Source: a virus
Reading direction: 5' to 3' (one strand)
IMG/VR virus record: IMGVR_UViG_3300042402_003577
Location: 32,001-96,000 of that record
DNA length: 64,000 nucleotides
A model generated the notes under the pieces. The model saw nothing but the letters and a program-made list of their open reading frames with translations. It was not told where the DNA came from and ran no database searches. Both the position numbers and the translations under genes were made by a program. Of this stretch, positions 20,326-30,882 are shown in pieces. Each line of letters begins with the position of its first letter. Within the stretch, counting starts at the first letter, position 1.

Positions 20326-21030
20326 TTAAATTTTTGATATGTTTAAAATTTTATTTAATTGTGACTCAAAGTCTATAGTATTGCCTACATCTCTCATTGC
20401 GATTAATACTGCAATATCAATAATTTTGTTTGCCTGGAAAGTTGAGTTTATTTCTATATCTCTTTGAACCGCAGGTGTACCATCAGGAAGGTTATATTGC
20501 CCTCCTCCATAGGTAAAATCTTGAGGATTTCCAGGTCTTAAAGGTTTTCTAATATAAGAAAGAAATATTTTTTCTATATCGAAGCCTTCATAGTATAAGT
20601 ATAACTTATTTCCAGACATGTCCATGTTTACTCTTTCAAAAACATAGGAAGAATTAAACATAGGATCATTTGTGTAAATATCATCCTTTTGTATGAAAAA
20701 ATTCTTAATAGTTTTTTTAGGACATTTAGCTGTAAAGCATACAGAATAGGACTCTAAATATCTATAATAATCTGGGGGTAAATCCGCAGTGTAATAGTCT
20801 TCGTTGATCTTATTGACTGGGAGTGGAAAATTTTTTATTTCCAGCTCCCTTATGTCATCTCTTCTTTTTTGGTTTATCTCTAATTGCTCACAAATGTTTT
20901 CAATATAAATTATGTAAGCTTCAAAAAGGTATTCGTCTATCTGAGGTATAAGAAAGTTAGCGTTTCTTAACCCATCTACCTTGTTTGCATGTTGTTTAAA
21001 TTTATAATGGGCTTCTTTTATTGAAAACAT
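20326..21030 (-). CDS. Head-tail connector/ring protein (crAss gene74-like)
   Basis: NKVD, .ID.YL.EA, LP.DY, YIRKP, IIDIAV motifs. Confidence 0.65.
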   Translation of the reverse strand: MFSIKEAHYKFKQHANKVDGLRNANFLIPQIDEYLFEAYIIYIENICEQLEINQKRRDDIRELEIKNFPLPVNKINEDYYTADLPPDYYRYLESYSVCFTAKCPKKTIKNFFIQKDDIYTNDPMFNSSYVFERVNMDMSGNKLYLYYEGFDIEKIFLSYIRKPLRPGNPQDFTYGGGQYNLPDGTPAVQRDIEINSTFQANKIIDIAVLIAMRDVGNTIDFESQLNKILNISKI

Positions 21031-21941
21031 TATTTCATTTTAGCTTTTAAAGCCTCTTCTAGGCTTAAATATAGTGATGAATTTTCTGGTTTTTGTAAGA
21101 AATCAATAATATTCATAGTATCTGTTTGAAGTTGCTCTCCATTGAAGAATACTTTTATATTTTCTTTTCTTAACACTGCGTATTGGTACATTTTCTCAAC
21201 ATTGATAGTAACTTCCAATTTTGCTTTATTTTTAGAATCTGACAACTCAATAAATAAATCTTGAATAGCTGCCAAAGTTTCTTTATTACTATTTTCGGTA
21301 ATTTTAGAATACAACAAGTCTTCTATAATTACTTCCTTCTCATCTCCTGTCAATTTAATACCTAGTGCGGTACACATGTCTCTTTTTTGAGATAGGGTGA
21401 GTTTATTGTATCTTTCGTGTAATTTACTTGTTTTTTCACGCTTAGATTCTCTCACAGTAGCGTCTGCTATTTCATCTTCAATGATCCACTCTGCAGCAGG
21501 ATGTTTAGAAAGAGAAGTCTCTCCTATTACTGTCATTGAATCTGCCGACATAATTGCATAAATCAATTCTTCTGTCGGTTTATTTAGGTCAAGAACTTGA
21601 ATATCTCTTCCTAATTTAGCCCTGCATTTACTATGAGTAAAGAAAGGGTCTTTTCTATTAGAAGGATCTGCTGAAGTTATTTTTTGGTTAGTATACTCGT
21701 CATTTAATGCAAGTTTTTTTACTAATTCATTTATTTGTTCATCAGTATACCTACTATTGGTAGGGCCTAGATGGTATCTGTAAGCATTCTCGTCAAATTG
21801 TGGTCTAAATGTGTTAGCATTAGCCAAAAACGCATAGCTTTCAGAAGCTTGTCTATAAGCAGGGTCAATATTTACTTGCCAATGCTTATTCTTTTTAATG
21901 TTTGGGTAAATTTTTACCTTCTTGTTTGTTAGTGTACTCAT
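21030..21941 (-). CDS. Conserved crAss protein downstream of MCP (gene75-like)
   Basis: LDLNKP.EELIY and FL..PEN motifs; synteny. Confidence 0.55.
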   Translation of the reverse strand: MSTLTNKKVKIYPNIKKNKHWQVNIDPAYRQASESYAFLANANTFRPQFDENAYRYHLGPTNSRYTDEQINELVKKLALNDEYTNQKITSADPSNRKDPFFTHSKCRAKLGRDIQVLDLNKPTEELIYAIMSADSMTVIGETSLSKHPAAEWIIEDEIADATVRESKREKTSKLHERYNKLTLSQKRDMCTALGIKLTGDEKEVIIEDLLYSKITENSNKETLAAIQDLFIELSDSKNKAKLEVTINVEKMYQYAVLRKENIKVFFNGEQLQTDTMNIIDFLQKPENSSLYLSLEEALKAKMK

Positions 21942-21970
21942 TGTTTTGTTGTTTGTGTGATTAATAAAAA

Positions 21971-22045
21971 TAGTAGCAACGACTCAGACTCGAACTGGTT
22001 AAACTGGCTTATGAGACCAGAGAGATCCATACCTCCCTCCTGCTA
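21971..22045 (-). tRNA. Degenerate tRNA-Met(CAT)/tRNA-like element
   Basis: Anticodon arm CTGGT-CTCATAA-GCCAG, D arm GAG..TGG..CTC, T loop TTCGAGT; T stem only 3 bp, acceptor stem bulged, ends ACTA. Confidence 0.6.
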
Positions 22046-22063
22046 TCCTCTATCCAATGATAG

Positions 22064-22095
22064 AAAAAAGGGTATGATTAGAGGGCTCATACCCT
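22064..22095 (-). terminator. Intrinsic terminator after MCP
   Basis: AGGGTATGA-loop-TCATACCCT plus T-run. Confidence 0.75.
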
Positions 22096-22111
22096 AAGGC
22101 CTATAAAGGTT

Positions 22112-23689
22112 TTATTTTCCTCTTAATACTGCTGGAATCAACTCACCGCATTTTGTAACATCTTTTACCATGATACCTGCGTATTCCATTCTATGTACTG
22201 TCCAGAAGTCACCTGCGTGAGACATCAATGAACCTTGGTTGTTACCGTAAGGATTTGACAATCCACCTTCGAAACCATAAGCTACATCTCTCTTAGATTT
22301 CAAGTAAGAAATGTTTTTACCAAAACCATCTCCCAATCCGTAGTTAACGAATGTAAATCTTGAAGACTCTGCTGGATAACCATTCTCATCTAGGATAGTG
22401 TTGAATGTTACGTCATCATAAGCTTTCATGTGCATAACTGTCAATGAACCACCAAATTTCAATTTGTATTGAGTATATGGAGTTTCAGTGTAAGACAATC
22501 CTGTTGGTCCACCTGGTACCAATGAAGCACCATCTGTTTTAATGAAATAATCTTTCATATCTTTGAAGAAACCTTGAGTTATTTGGTTGATAGCCTCATC
22601 AAACAATCTCAATCCAATCTCTCCAGTCCACATTACAACATTTCTTTGATCGTAAGCAACTCTTCCGAAGAATATATCTTGTAAGAAGTCTTTGATAAGA
22701 CCAATAGAGAAAGTGTTATAGAATTCTCTGTATCCATCTTCCAAAATCTCTTGAAGACCTGGTCCTTGGTTTACAAAGTATCCTGTAGACTCGTCAATAA
22801 CTGTAGAAGTACTTCTTTGATACATCAAGTGAAGTTCTTTTTCCATTTCAAATTCTTTGTTGAATTTAACCTCAGCAACTGAAGTGATATACATGTTACC
22901 TGTATTTTTCTTGCTCAATGCGTTAGCAATTCTTGTTTGGAAAGCTTGTTGGCTCTCACCTGCTTTTCTTCCTGCCAAGATCAACAAATCTGCCTCAGAC
23001 AAGTTACCGTTCAATCTTCTTTGAGCAGCATCTCCTGTCATTTGGTATTGCTTTCTAAATCTTGTCAATCCAGAACGGAATTTAATTTTACCGATAGCAT
23101 CAACACTCATTGAACCACCTTTTACAGATGCCTCAGAATAAGTAGAGTGCATTTTCATTACTCTTGTTCCTGGTGTAAACAAACTGTTGTCAACAAACAA
23201 GTTTGGACTATCAGTCATCAATTTTACTGTGTACACTGTGAAAGAACCTTCTTTAACTGGAGCTTTGCTTACACGCATGTTGAATTTTTTGCTGTCAGTG
23301 AATACCAATGTATCACCTTCTACAAATGTTCCAATGTCAAGTTTAATTCTAAACTCTCTTTGAGCAAGACCTTTTGTCAAGTTTCCTGGTTCAACGTCTT
23401 CAACGATAAGAGCTGGTCTGTATCCTGAAACCATGAATTCCCATTCTACTTTGTCACCTTCAATAGTGATAGTGTCAGAACCTTGTGCAAGTTCCAATAA
23501 TGGTGCAGTACCGTCAAATAATGTTTTCATTGACGCTAATTGACCCATACCGCCTAATGCATCTACGTCTGTTTTAATCAAACCAGCAGCATATAGATTG
23601 TTTAAGTTGGTATAGTTCATACCCCAGTTACGATCACCTGTGATCGTAGGAGCTTTTATAATACCGAATTTACTTTGTGATAATTTCAT
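22112..23689 (-). CDS. Major capsid protein (crAss-like)
   Basis: 525 aa, G.GL.E.LE motif and C-terminal G..V.D..KCGELIP; order TerL-portal-scaffold-MCP; strong codon bias. Confidence 0.85.
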   Translation of the reverse strand: MKLSQSKFGIIKAPTITGDRNWGMNYTNLNNLYAAGLIKTDVDALGGMGQLASMKTLFDGTAPLLELAQGSDTITIEGDKVEWEFMVSGYRPALIVEDVEPGNLTKGLAQREFRIKLDIGTFVEGDTLVFTDSKKFNMRVSKAPVKEGSFTVYTVKLMTDSPNLFVDNSLFTPGTRVMKMHSTYSEASVKGGSMSVDAIGKIKFRSGLTRFRKQYQMTGDAAQRRLNGNLSEADLLILAGRKAGESQQAFQTRIANALSKKNTGNMYITSVAEVKFNKEFEMEKELHLMYQRSTSTVIDESTGYFVNQGPGLQEILEDGYREFYNTFSIGLIKDFLQDIFFGRVAYDQRNVVMWTGEIGLRLFDEAINQITQGFFKDMKDYFIKTDGASLVPGGPTGLSYTETPYTQYKLKFGGSLTVMHMKAYDDVTFNTILDENGYPAESSRFTFVNYGLGDGFGKNISYLKSKRDVAYGFEGGLSNPYGNNQGSLMSHAGDFWTVHRMEYAGIMVKDVTKCGELIPAVLRGK

Positions 23690-23715
23690 GTTAATTTAAT
23701 TTTATTTTTGAATAT

Positions 23716-24855
23716 TTAATTTATGAATTCTAATTTAATTGTGTTGGGTTTTGTTTTTCCAGAAGCTCTTCTTAAACTTTCCGCCAACTTGCTTTTTTCT
23801 TTACTAGCTACTTCAATTTTATCTGACTTATCTGACAATCCTTCAAATATTTTGTAAGCTAATGCTACCATTTTTTCAGGATCAGAAAGATACTCATTTA
23901 ATTTTTGTTTAAATCCTGTAGCTCTTCCTACAACTTCTCCCTTATCGTTTCTTATCTCTTGTGGAGAAAAGATAAAATCTTCAAAATTACTTTTTTGGTT
24001 TTTAGCAATAACTACATTATCACTCTTACCACTTTGAATAGTTTGTCTGATTTTATTTACACTCTTAATATACTCTTCTCTTTGGATACGAGCATATTCT
24101 TGCTGAGATTTGATAAGATCATCTTCTTGTTTCTCTCTGAAAACTTTTAAATCAGCTTGAATCTTACTAGCTTGATTAAATAGCTTTCCTTTTTCTTTAT
24201 ACCCATCCAATAACGATTCTGCCTCTTCTTCTTCAAGATTCTTAACCGAAGTTAAATATGTCTTTACTAGAGCTGTAGCATTATCCTCATCTTCAATGTC
24301 TACATCCACCCAATTTGTTTCTGCGTGTAAATTGATATAATCATCAATATTTCCGCCATGCTTTAAAAAGTTAAGAACACCATCCACTCTAGGATCATCT
24401 ATTTTATATGAGCTTTTTACTAAATTTAGAGCTCTTTCATCTAAAGTAGCTTCATAAGCTTCAAACAAGGCATCTTCTGATCCATCCCAATCTTCTGGGA
24501 GATTTAAAAGGTTTTTCTCTTGTAATTCTGAAGCAAATATTTTTAAAGGATCTACTTCTGAATTTTCTTCGTCATCTTCGTCTGAAGACTCCTCATCTTC
24601 TTCTTTGGAAGAAGCAGCTTCTTTCTTCTTGTTTAAGATTGCTTGCTTCTCTTCTTCATTAAGATCAAGATCATCAATATTGTCTTCATCTATTAAATCA
24701 GGATTAACTAGGGAAGAGTCATGGTCTTCATCATCATCCTCTTTATTTGTTTCCTCTGTTTCGTTTATAGATTCTATTTTATCTGACAAATTGTTATCAT
24801 CTAAAAGATCGTCATTGAATTCTATAATGTCAAAATCTAAATTGCTCTCTTGCAT
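23716..24855 (-). CDS. Putative scaffolding protein (crAss gene77-like)
   Basis: Very acidic N-terminus, helical C-terminus, between portal and MCP. Confidence 0.65.
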   Translation of the reverse strand: MQESNLDFDIIEFNDDLLDDNNLSDKIESINETEETNKEDDDEDHDSSLVNPDLIDEDNIDDLDLNEEEKQAILNKKKEAASSKEEDEESSDEDDEENSEVDPLKIFASELQEKNLLNLPEDWDGSEDALFEAYEATLDERALNLVKSSYKIDDPRVDGVLNFLKHGGNIDDYINLHAETNWVDVDIEDEDNATALVKTYLTSVKNLEEEEAESLLDGYKEKGKLFNQASKIQADLKVFREKQEDDLIKSQQEYARIQREEYIKSVNKIRQTIQSGKSDNVVIAKNQKSNFEDFIFSPQEIRNDKGEVVGRATGFKQKLNEYLSDPEKMVALAYKIFEGLSDKSDKIEVASKEKSKLAESLRRASGKTKPNTIKLEFIN

Positions 24856-24984
24856 ATTTGTTTGTTTTATGTGTGTGTAAAATAATTGTTTTGTACTGCA
24901 AAATTGAAAAAAAATTATTTTTTTATAAATTATTTTTTTCTTATAATAAAAAAATTAATTGGTGAGCCCAGTGTTTATAAGGGA

Positions 24985-27495
24985 TTAATCTTTTTTCCCT
25001 TTTTGTTTCATCATCTGAATTTCTGTTTCAATTTTTTTATTCTGAAGTTGTATCTGTGCTATTTTAGCATCATTAAGCTCTACGCTTGACTCATTTTCGT
25101 TTTTTTCCATTTGTAATTGAATCAAATCGTTTGTTCCATCTTGGTCAATATCGTTAGCTCTTTGTAATCTCTGAGCATTCAATTCAGCAGACTTTAATGT
25201 TACAGCATTTCTATCATCAGCCATTTGTTTTTGAGTCTTCAATTCCTCTTGTTTAGCCTGAATCTGCATTTGTTGCATTTGCATTTGTTGCTCTTGTTGA
25301 GATTTTTGCATTTGCTCTTCTTTAGCTTCTTTTTGCTCTTGAATTCTAGCAATGATGTTTTTAACCTCTGTAGCATTCTCTGTAGTGAGAATTTCTGTAG
25401 CCACTCTTAAATCTCCTCCACTATTTTGGATAATAGGTTGAATTAAGTTTTTCAATTGACTAATAATCTCTGTATCTCTTAATGTATTAGTAATAAATAC
25501 TTTATAGTTATAATTTGCAAAATCTGCCACCTCTGTATTCAATGTAGCTATACTTAAATCTGAAAGAATATAAGAAGCCTTCAATGGATTTTCCTTATAG
25601 ATTACTTTACAAATTTCAATATAGTTCTCAACGGTTCTTTCTTTTACATAATTATGCATGTAGAACCATTTCTCAGTTTGATTAGAGGATTGTATAATAC
25701 TTTGTTGGTTATTACCTATAGACTCATACGGAGATTGCTGTCCTAGTCTACCAGGGTTATAACTCATAGACTGTGCCATTTTTTTCTCAATATACTCTAA
25801 TAATTGTATTTTTTGATTTATTTCTTGTGCATGAGATAGGTTGATAGATTTCCAATAGTTAGGATCTACACCCATATTTCTTAAATCGCCTTCTTTAGAA
25901 GCACTAATTAAAGCCACCTTGAATTTCTTAATATAAGTCATCCACTGTGTAGGAGTCATTTCTTTTGGAATCTGTTCTTGTAATCCTAGCAATACATTAC
26001 CTATATCGGTCTTCATCAATTCAATAATTTGATTGATAACTACATTATACAAGAACTGCCAAGGTTTTCCTAAGTCAGCAATTGCTATAGGAGCTGAGTT
26101 TCTTGCCGAATAAACAGAGCCTGTATAAGGGCCTCTAATTTGAAAAGGGTTGTCAACGTCTCTATATTGATTAGGAATAGGTTCAACTTTTATATAAATC
26201 TTTGGATTGGTGAATATTTTATATCCATGCCAGAATTCAGGTATCCATAAAATTTCTTGCTTAACATCTGTTTCTTTGTTAAAAACATAAGTTTCATCCG
26301 CAATAGTTTTTTCTAGGGTGCCATTTTCATTTAACCTAAAGATATATTTAATTTTTTTCAAAGACTTCCAAACAACATGCGTTACTCTTAGTCTTCTAAT
26401 TTTAAAATTATCCGTGTAATTATCTTCCCAAGGATCTACCCAGCTAGGAGTAGCTTCGGAATCTGTAGGATTCATAATAGCGTTAGGAATAATTTCCCAC
26501 ACCTTAGAATCTGAAGGAGAGTTTAATGTAGACTCATATTTGTCAAAAACTTCTCTCTCTTCTTCGGTAATTATATTACCAAATTTTTGATATATCTCGT
26601 AAATAGATAGATACTCGTCATAAGTACACCAGTCTGCTTCATCCAAGAAGTCAACATCTTTTGATTTAGCATAGTTGAAATACAAAGGATTACAAGCTCT
26701 GATAGTAGGTCTACCATTTAACTCTCCTGTCCAATATACTTCTTCTCCTGTAATAATTACATCTTTCCAGCCTTTATCAAAAACTAATTTAATTCTGTCT
26801 GTACGAATATGATATTGTAGTAACTCATCGGTAAGCTTTTCTTCAGGAAGTTTAAATCCTTTAGCCATGTAAGTTTCTACCTCCACTGGTGTCATTTTAT
26901 TAATGGTTTCCTCGAGCTGTGCATCTAGATTGGCAGTAATTTCTTGTAGCTTTTCTAAATACTGAGGGTCCATTGACGGGTCCATCTGGGCTTTTATTTC
27001 TTCCAATCTTTTTTGATTGGCTGCTTTTGCTTTTAAAAGTAATTCTTGTCTTACAATCTTTGAAGTATTCTCAATTAAAAGCTCTCTACGCTTTCTTTGT
27101 CTAACTGACTCACTTGTAGAGTTTGTACTAACCACTCTAATATTAAAAGGTCTTTTGATTTCCTCTCCTTCTAGATCGTGTAATACGTTTTGTAATATAG
27201 GGAAATGTATAAAATCACTTTGGTTAATCTCAATTTCTGGAATATCCATTCCTAATTCATTCTCAATTATATTCCCTGTATTTATATAACTAGTAAAATC
27301 CATTCTACCGTTATATAGTTCGTAGTTTATCTTGAATTTTTCTTTTCTCTCGTTATAATAGTTGTATTGATTGCATAGGTAATCCATTCTCTGCCTTGCC
27401 CAGGCATAGTTATCGGCTATTTTTTTCTTATAACTTAGCCTATCACTTCCAGGCATGTTTAAGAATTGTGCGGTTAAACTATCGTTTATTACCAT
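24985..27495 (-). CDS. Portal protein
   Basis: 836 aa; NYELYNG, L.GEE.KRP, Q-rich C-terminal coil; follows TerL. Confidence 0.85.
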   Translation of the reverse strand: MVINDSLTAQFLNMPGSDRLSYKKKIADNYAWARQRMDYLCNQYNYYNERKEKFKINYELYNGRMDFTSYINTGNIIENELGMDIPEIEINQSDFIHFPILQNVLHDLEGEEIKRPFNIRVVSTNSTSESVRQRKRRELLIENTSKIVRQELLLKAKAANQKRLEEIKAQMDPSMDPQYLEKLQEITANLDAQLEETINKMTPVEVETYMAKGFKLPEEKLTDELLQYHIRTDRIKLVFDKGWKDVIITGEEVYWTGELNGRPTIRACNPLYFNYAKSKDVDFLDEADWCTYDEYLSIYEIYQKFGNIITEEEREVFDKYESTLNSPSDSKVWEIIPNAIMNPTDSEATPSWVDPWEDNYTDNFKIRRLRVTHVVWKSLKKIKYIFRLNENGTLEKTIADETYVFNKETDVKQEILWIPEFWHGYKIFTNPKIYIKVEPIPNQYRDVDNPFQIRGPYTGSVYSARNSAPIAIADLGKPWQFLYNVVINQIIELMKTDIGNVLLGLQEQIPKEMTPTQWMTYIKKFKVALISASKEGDLRNMGVDPNYWKSINLSHAQEINQKIQLLEYIEKKMAQSMSYNPGRLGQQSPYESIGNNQQSIIQSSNQTEKWFYMHNYVKERTVENYIEICKVIYKENPLKASYILSDLSIATLNTEVADFANYNYKVFITNTLRDTEIISQLKNLIQPIIQNSGGDLRVATEILTTENATEVKNIIARIQEQKEAKEEQMQKSQQEQQMQMQQMQIQAKQEELKTQKQMADDRNAVTLKSAELNAQRLQRANDIDQDGTNDLIQLQMEKNENESSVELNDAKIAQIQLQNKKIETEIQMMKQKGKKD

Positions 27496-27554
27496 TTTTA
27501 GTTTATTTAAAAAAACAAAATTAATTAAAAATTATTTTTTTATAAAATTTATTT

Positions 27555-29858
27555 TTAATACTTTAATAAGTTGGTGTTTTTTAATTGATTATTATATAAG
27601 TCTTTATAAAAATCATTTGAAGTTTTTTTCACAATGTCCTCAGACTCTTTTATAACCATTTCTTTATCTTGCTCTAGCCAAAGCATTAATAAGAGGAAAG
27701 CAGACACACGGTCAAAGTTTCCCTTATCATTGTATTGTATAAGCTCTTCTAGTAGTAAATCATCCTTAATAGTATTTAAGTTTCTCACCACTATTTCTCT
27801 CTTGGTGCCATCTTCTAGCTCTTCTACATATTTTTTCTTCTCCTCCAACAACCATTGTTGTGCCAATCTTAGAGCGTATTGCTTTAGAGGATTTGTCATA
27901 GGGACTCCTACGTCATATTTTAGGGTGGGGTCCTTTATAGCTTTCTCAATTATTTGCTTTGGTGTAAGGGCCAGTATATGATAGTTTCCTGTACGCATAC
28001 AGTAATTCTTAAAGTCAATAATGTTGTTCTCAAACATTACCTCAGCGTTAAAGTATTTAGCCGCCAATACACAATTCAAATGTATTTCTTCAGGCATGTC
28101 ATATCTTCCTACCCACCAAGCTACAAGTTCATTGCCGTTATTATCTAAGGTATTATTAGACTTATAAACATAAATTGCTGCTAATGAGGTACCTCCGCCT
28201 TCATCTCTAATGGGGTCATATACAATCTTAAAAAGATTTCTAGGTATAATTCCTGCAGGAGGATGCTCATAAAATTCCCAAGCACTTTTTAAATCTGACT
28301 TAGTGTCATGCGGGAATCTATCTATAGGCCTTAAATCAAAGTTAGGTTTAAATTTGACTCCTGTAATAAAATCAGGGTCTTCCACAAGGCTTCCCACTGT
28401 TCTTAAATGTTTTTTAAATTGGTATCTATCATTAGAAGCTTGTTGCTCTCTAAGCATAACAATAGGGAATTTATTACCTGTTTTTGATAGAAACATTTCA
28501 GAAGGCTTAATTGGCCTAGACATGATGTACTCATCATAAGCAGAAGTATTATTAGCTTGCTTCTTTTCTTCACGCCTCTCCATCTCAAATTTAAGAGACG
28601 TATCTACATCAGTATTACCATTTTCATCTTTATATGCTAAATTGGTGTAAATAGCTGGAAGAAAGAAGCCTATAGTGCCTCTGCCTTCATAAACATCTTT
28701 AAATCCTAGAAAATCATAAGCTTCAGGGTCTCTGAATATAATCTCAGACTCAATAACTTTCTCCATATCTCCACCTGTACCTAAATACAAGGAAGATCCA
28801 AACTTACCTGCCCCCATATCCTGTGTAGACTCATTCGCTCCGTGTACAGTGAGGATTTTATCTTCCAAACCCACCTCTTCTACCACTAGCACATTGTAAC
28901 GACCCCCAACGGCTGCTTGCTTGTTATCTTTATACGTTTCATGTATCAATAAGGATCCTGTACCTTCTTTTACTAGAGAATTTCCTATCTTTTTCTCATA
29001 CTCAAACCTATAAGGATTTTTAGAGTTACCTACCTTCAATGTCCCTGAAAAAGTCCTACTAAAAGGAGAAGGAAAATAATCCCTGTCAAAATACTCCCCA
29101 GGAAGGTTCTTTAAAGAGTTTGAGAATTTATCTAAAAGCTGAGAAGATTTACCTGAGCTGGCCGATCCACAAAATATTTCCACTTTATTCTTACCTGACA
29201 GATAATCCTCAACGGTCTTTGCCCCGTCTGATAGCCATTCATGCTCCATTAACGCTGATGCCATAAAGCTTTTTCCTCCAGACCTAGATCCTAACACAAA
29301 GAGGTTCAATGAGTTATTTTCATATAAAGGATTTCCTAGTGGTTTTTCATGGGTACCATTAAGATATTCTAAAGGATCTATATAAGTCTTTAATGTTCCA
29401 TCCTGTTTATAACAATTGTCAGTGAGGTTATTTAAAAATTTGAGAGGTATATCAGGAAGACTATTATCTAACAATTTATCTTGCTTTAACTTTGCAGTCC
29501 AATTGCAAGTATACTCTTCATCATCCTCAAACCCACTAAAGCCTCTGCAAATAAACCAACAATTTAAAATTGTCCAGTTTATATCCAATAGGCTAGGCCT
29601 AGATTTGATACGCTGCTTACCATCTTGAATAGTGATGGTATGGTAGTTGGTAAAATAGTTTAATTGAGGGTTCATGTACCTCCAACGTAACCCTTCAGGA
29701 GTTTGCTCTTCTCTCCACAGGCCTAAAATAAATTCCTCAAGTTCTTTAGTCCAATATTCAGAATAAGCTGTACTATGAGGGTGTAAAACAGGGTGGTTTT
29801 TAATAAAGGGGGTATTGTCATATATTTTTGGAAAAATATAAGAAGTATCTATAATCAT
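27555..29858 (-). CDS. Terminase large subunit
   Basis: Walker A GSRSGGKS, Walker B VVEE, GTGGD, nuclease YDP, FENN, NFDRVSA. Confidence 0.9.
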   Translation of the reverse strand: MIIDTSYIFPKIYDNTPFIKNHPVLHPHSTAYSEYWTKELEEFILGLWREEQTPEGLRWRYMNPQLNYFTNYHTITIQDGKQRIKSRPSLLDINWTILNCWFICRGFSGFEDDEEYTCNWTAKLKQDKLLDNSLPDIPLKFLNNLTDNCYKQDGTLKTYIDPLEYLNGTHEKPLGNPLYENNSLNLFVLGSRSGGKSFMASALMEHEWLSDGAKTVEDYLSGKNKVEIFCGSASSGKSSQLLDKFSNSLKNLPGEYFDRDYFPSPFSRTFSGTLKVGNSKNPYRFEYEKKIGNSLVKEGTGSLLIHETYKDNKQAAVGGRYNVLVVEEVGLEDKILTVHGANESTQDMGAGKFGSSLYLGTGGDMEKVIESEIIFRDPEAYDFLGFKDVYEGRGTIGFFLPAIYTNLAYKDENGNTDVDTSLKFEMERREEKKQANNTSAYDEYIMSRPIKPSEMFLSKTGNKFPIVMLREQQASNDRYQFKKHLRTVGSLVEDPDFITGVKFKPNFDLRPIDRFPHDTKSDLKSAWEFYEHPPAGIIPRNLFKIVYDPIRDEGGGTSLAAIYVYKSNNTLDNNGNELVAWWVGRYDMPEEIHLNCVLAAKYFNAEVMFENNIIDFKNYCMRTGNYHILALTPKQIIEKAIKDPTLKYDVGVPMTNPLKQYALRLAQQWLLEEKKKYVEELEDGTKREIVVRNLNTIKDDLLLEELIQYNDKGNFDRVSAFLLLMLWLEQDKEMVIKESEDIVKKTSNDFYKDLYNNQLKNTNLLKY

Positions 29859-30112
29859 TGTCTTGGAGGTCCAGGTTTTATATCTAAAATATTTTTTTGA
29901 TTTCCAGATAAGTCAGTAAAGTTTTTTAAAAAATTATTCAGTATAAAATCTGTATTTATAGGAATAACTTTAACTTCAATAGTGGGAGTTATAACGTGCT
30001 CAAAATCATCAAAATTTTTTAGAGTTTCTCTAATAATTTTTTTTGTTTCTTTTGCGTTATTAATTCCATCTACTTCTATTATCTTATCTTCAAAATCAAT
30101 TAAGATTATCAT
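29855..30112 (-). CDS. Hypothetical protein
   Basis: Overlapping operon packing. Confidence 0.5.
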   Translation of the reverse strand: MIILIDFEDKIIEVDGINNAKETKKIIRETLKNFDDFEHVITPTIEVKVIPINTDFILNNFLKNFTDLSGNQKNILDIKPGPPRQ

Positions 30113-30290
30113 CTGTTTCTTGAGGTTCTTGCTTGGCTTTTTCTTCTATTTCTTTTTGCCAAGCAGCTTGTTGGGCTTTGTTATAAGTTTTCATAATACT
30201 TGAATACCAAAAATATCTTCCTTCTTTTAAAGAAAGTCTTTCTCCTGGCTTTGGTTGATTATAAATATTGGGTCTGTTTACTGGATACAT
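30096..30290 (-). CDS. Hypothetical protein
   Basis: Operon packing, CACACAC leader. Confidence 0.5.
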   Translation of the reverse strand: MYPVNRPNIYNQPKPGERLSLKEGRYFWYSSIMKTYNKAQQAAWQKEIEEKAKQEPQETDDNLN

Positions 30291-30330
30291 ATTTTTTAGT
30301 TTTATAATTTATTGTTTTTGTGTGTGTTAT

Positions 30331-30882
30331 TTATTTTTTATTTGCCTTGCTTACTAATTTCTCAGTGAAAGATTCTTCTCTTCCACCTCTAGCCCTAGTT
30401 TCAATGTTCTCATCTTGGTATTCCTTGTAAACCTTTCCAAAAGATTCCCAGATAAGCTTGGAGTCTTTCATCATCTTATCAAGGGCTTCAAAGGTATCTA
30501 GGCTATAAGAAAGAGTTTCTAGGAACTTATTCCTCTCCTCTATCTTATCCTGCCATACCTTCAACTCTCTTTGTATCTTTGTCATCACTACCTTTGGATA
30601 GGCATCTACCAAGTCTTCGTGATGGTCAAAATCAAAAGAATCTTCTTTTAAAAAGTATTTTTTAATGTCTTCTGCTCTCTCGTCTTTTCTAAGTCTAATC
30701 TTTGGAGACTTTATATCGCAAAAAAGATATATGGCCCACATTACTTCTGAAGTGTAGTCCTTGTTCTCTGAAGAATTATAAAAATTATCAAAAGGTTCTG
30801 TAAATTTAAATTCAGGATTCACTTCCCAAAATAAATTTCTATTAATCTCATAATCAAAATTCTGCATCAAATAATAGTCCAT
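30331..30882 (-). CDS. Conserved crAss-like protein upstream of TerL (possible small terminase)
   Basis: Helical, C-terminal RGG..ES motif; position. Confidence 0.4.
   Translation of the reverse strand: MDYYLMQNFDYEINRNLFWEVNPEFKFTEPFDNFYNSSENKDYTSEVMWAIYLFCDIKSPKIRLRKDERAEDIKKYFLKEDSFDFDHHEDLVDAYPKVVMTKIQRELKVWQDKIEERNKFLETLSYSLDTFEALDKMMKDSKLIWESFGKVYKEYQDENIETRARGGREESFTEKLVSKANKK

Noticed and set aside
27555-29858. Inteins/introns in TerL or PolA
   Set aside because: Motif spacing and lengths are ordinary; no splice-junction motifs seen
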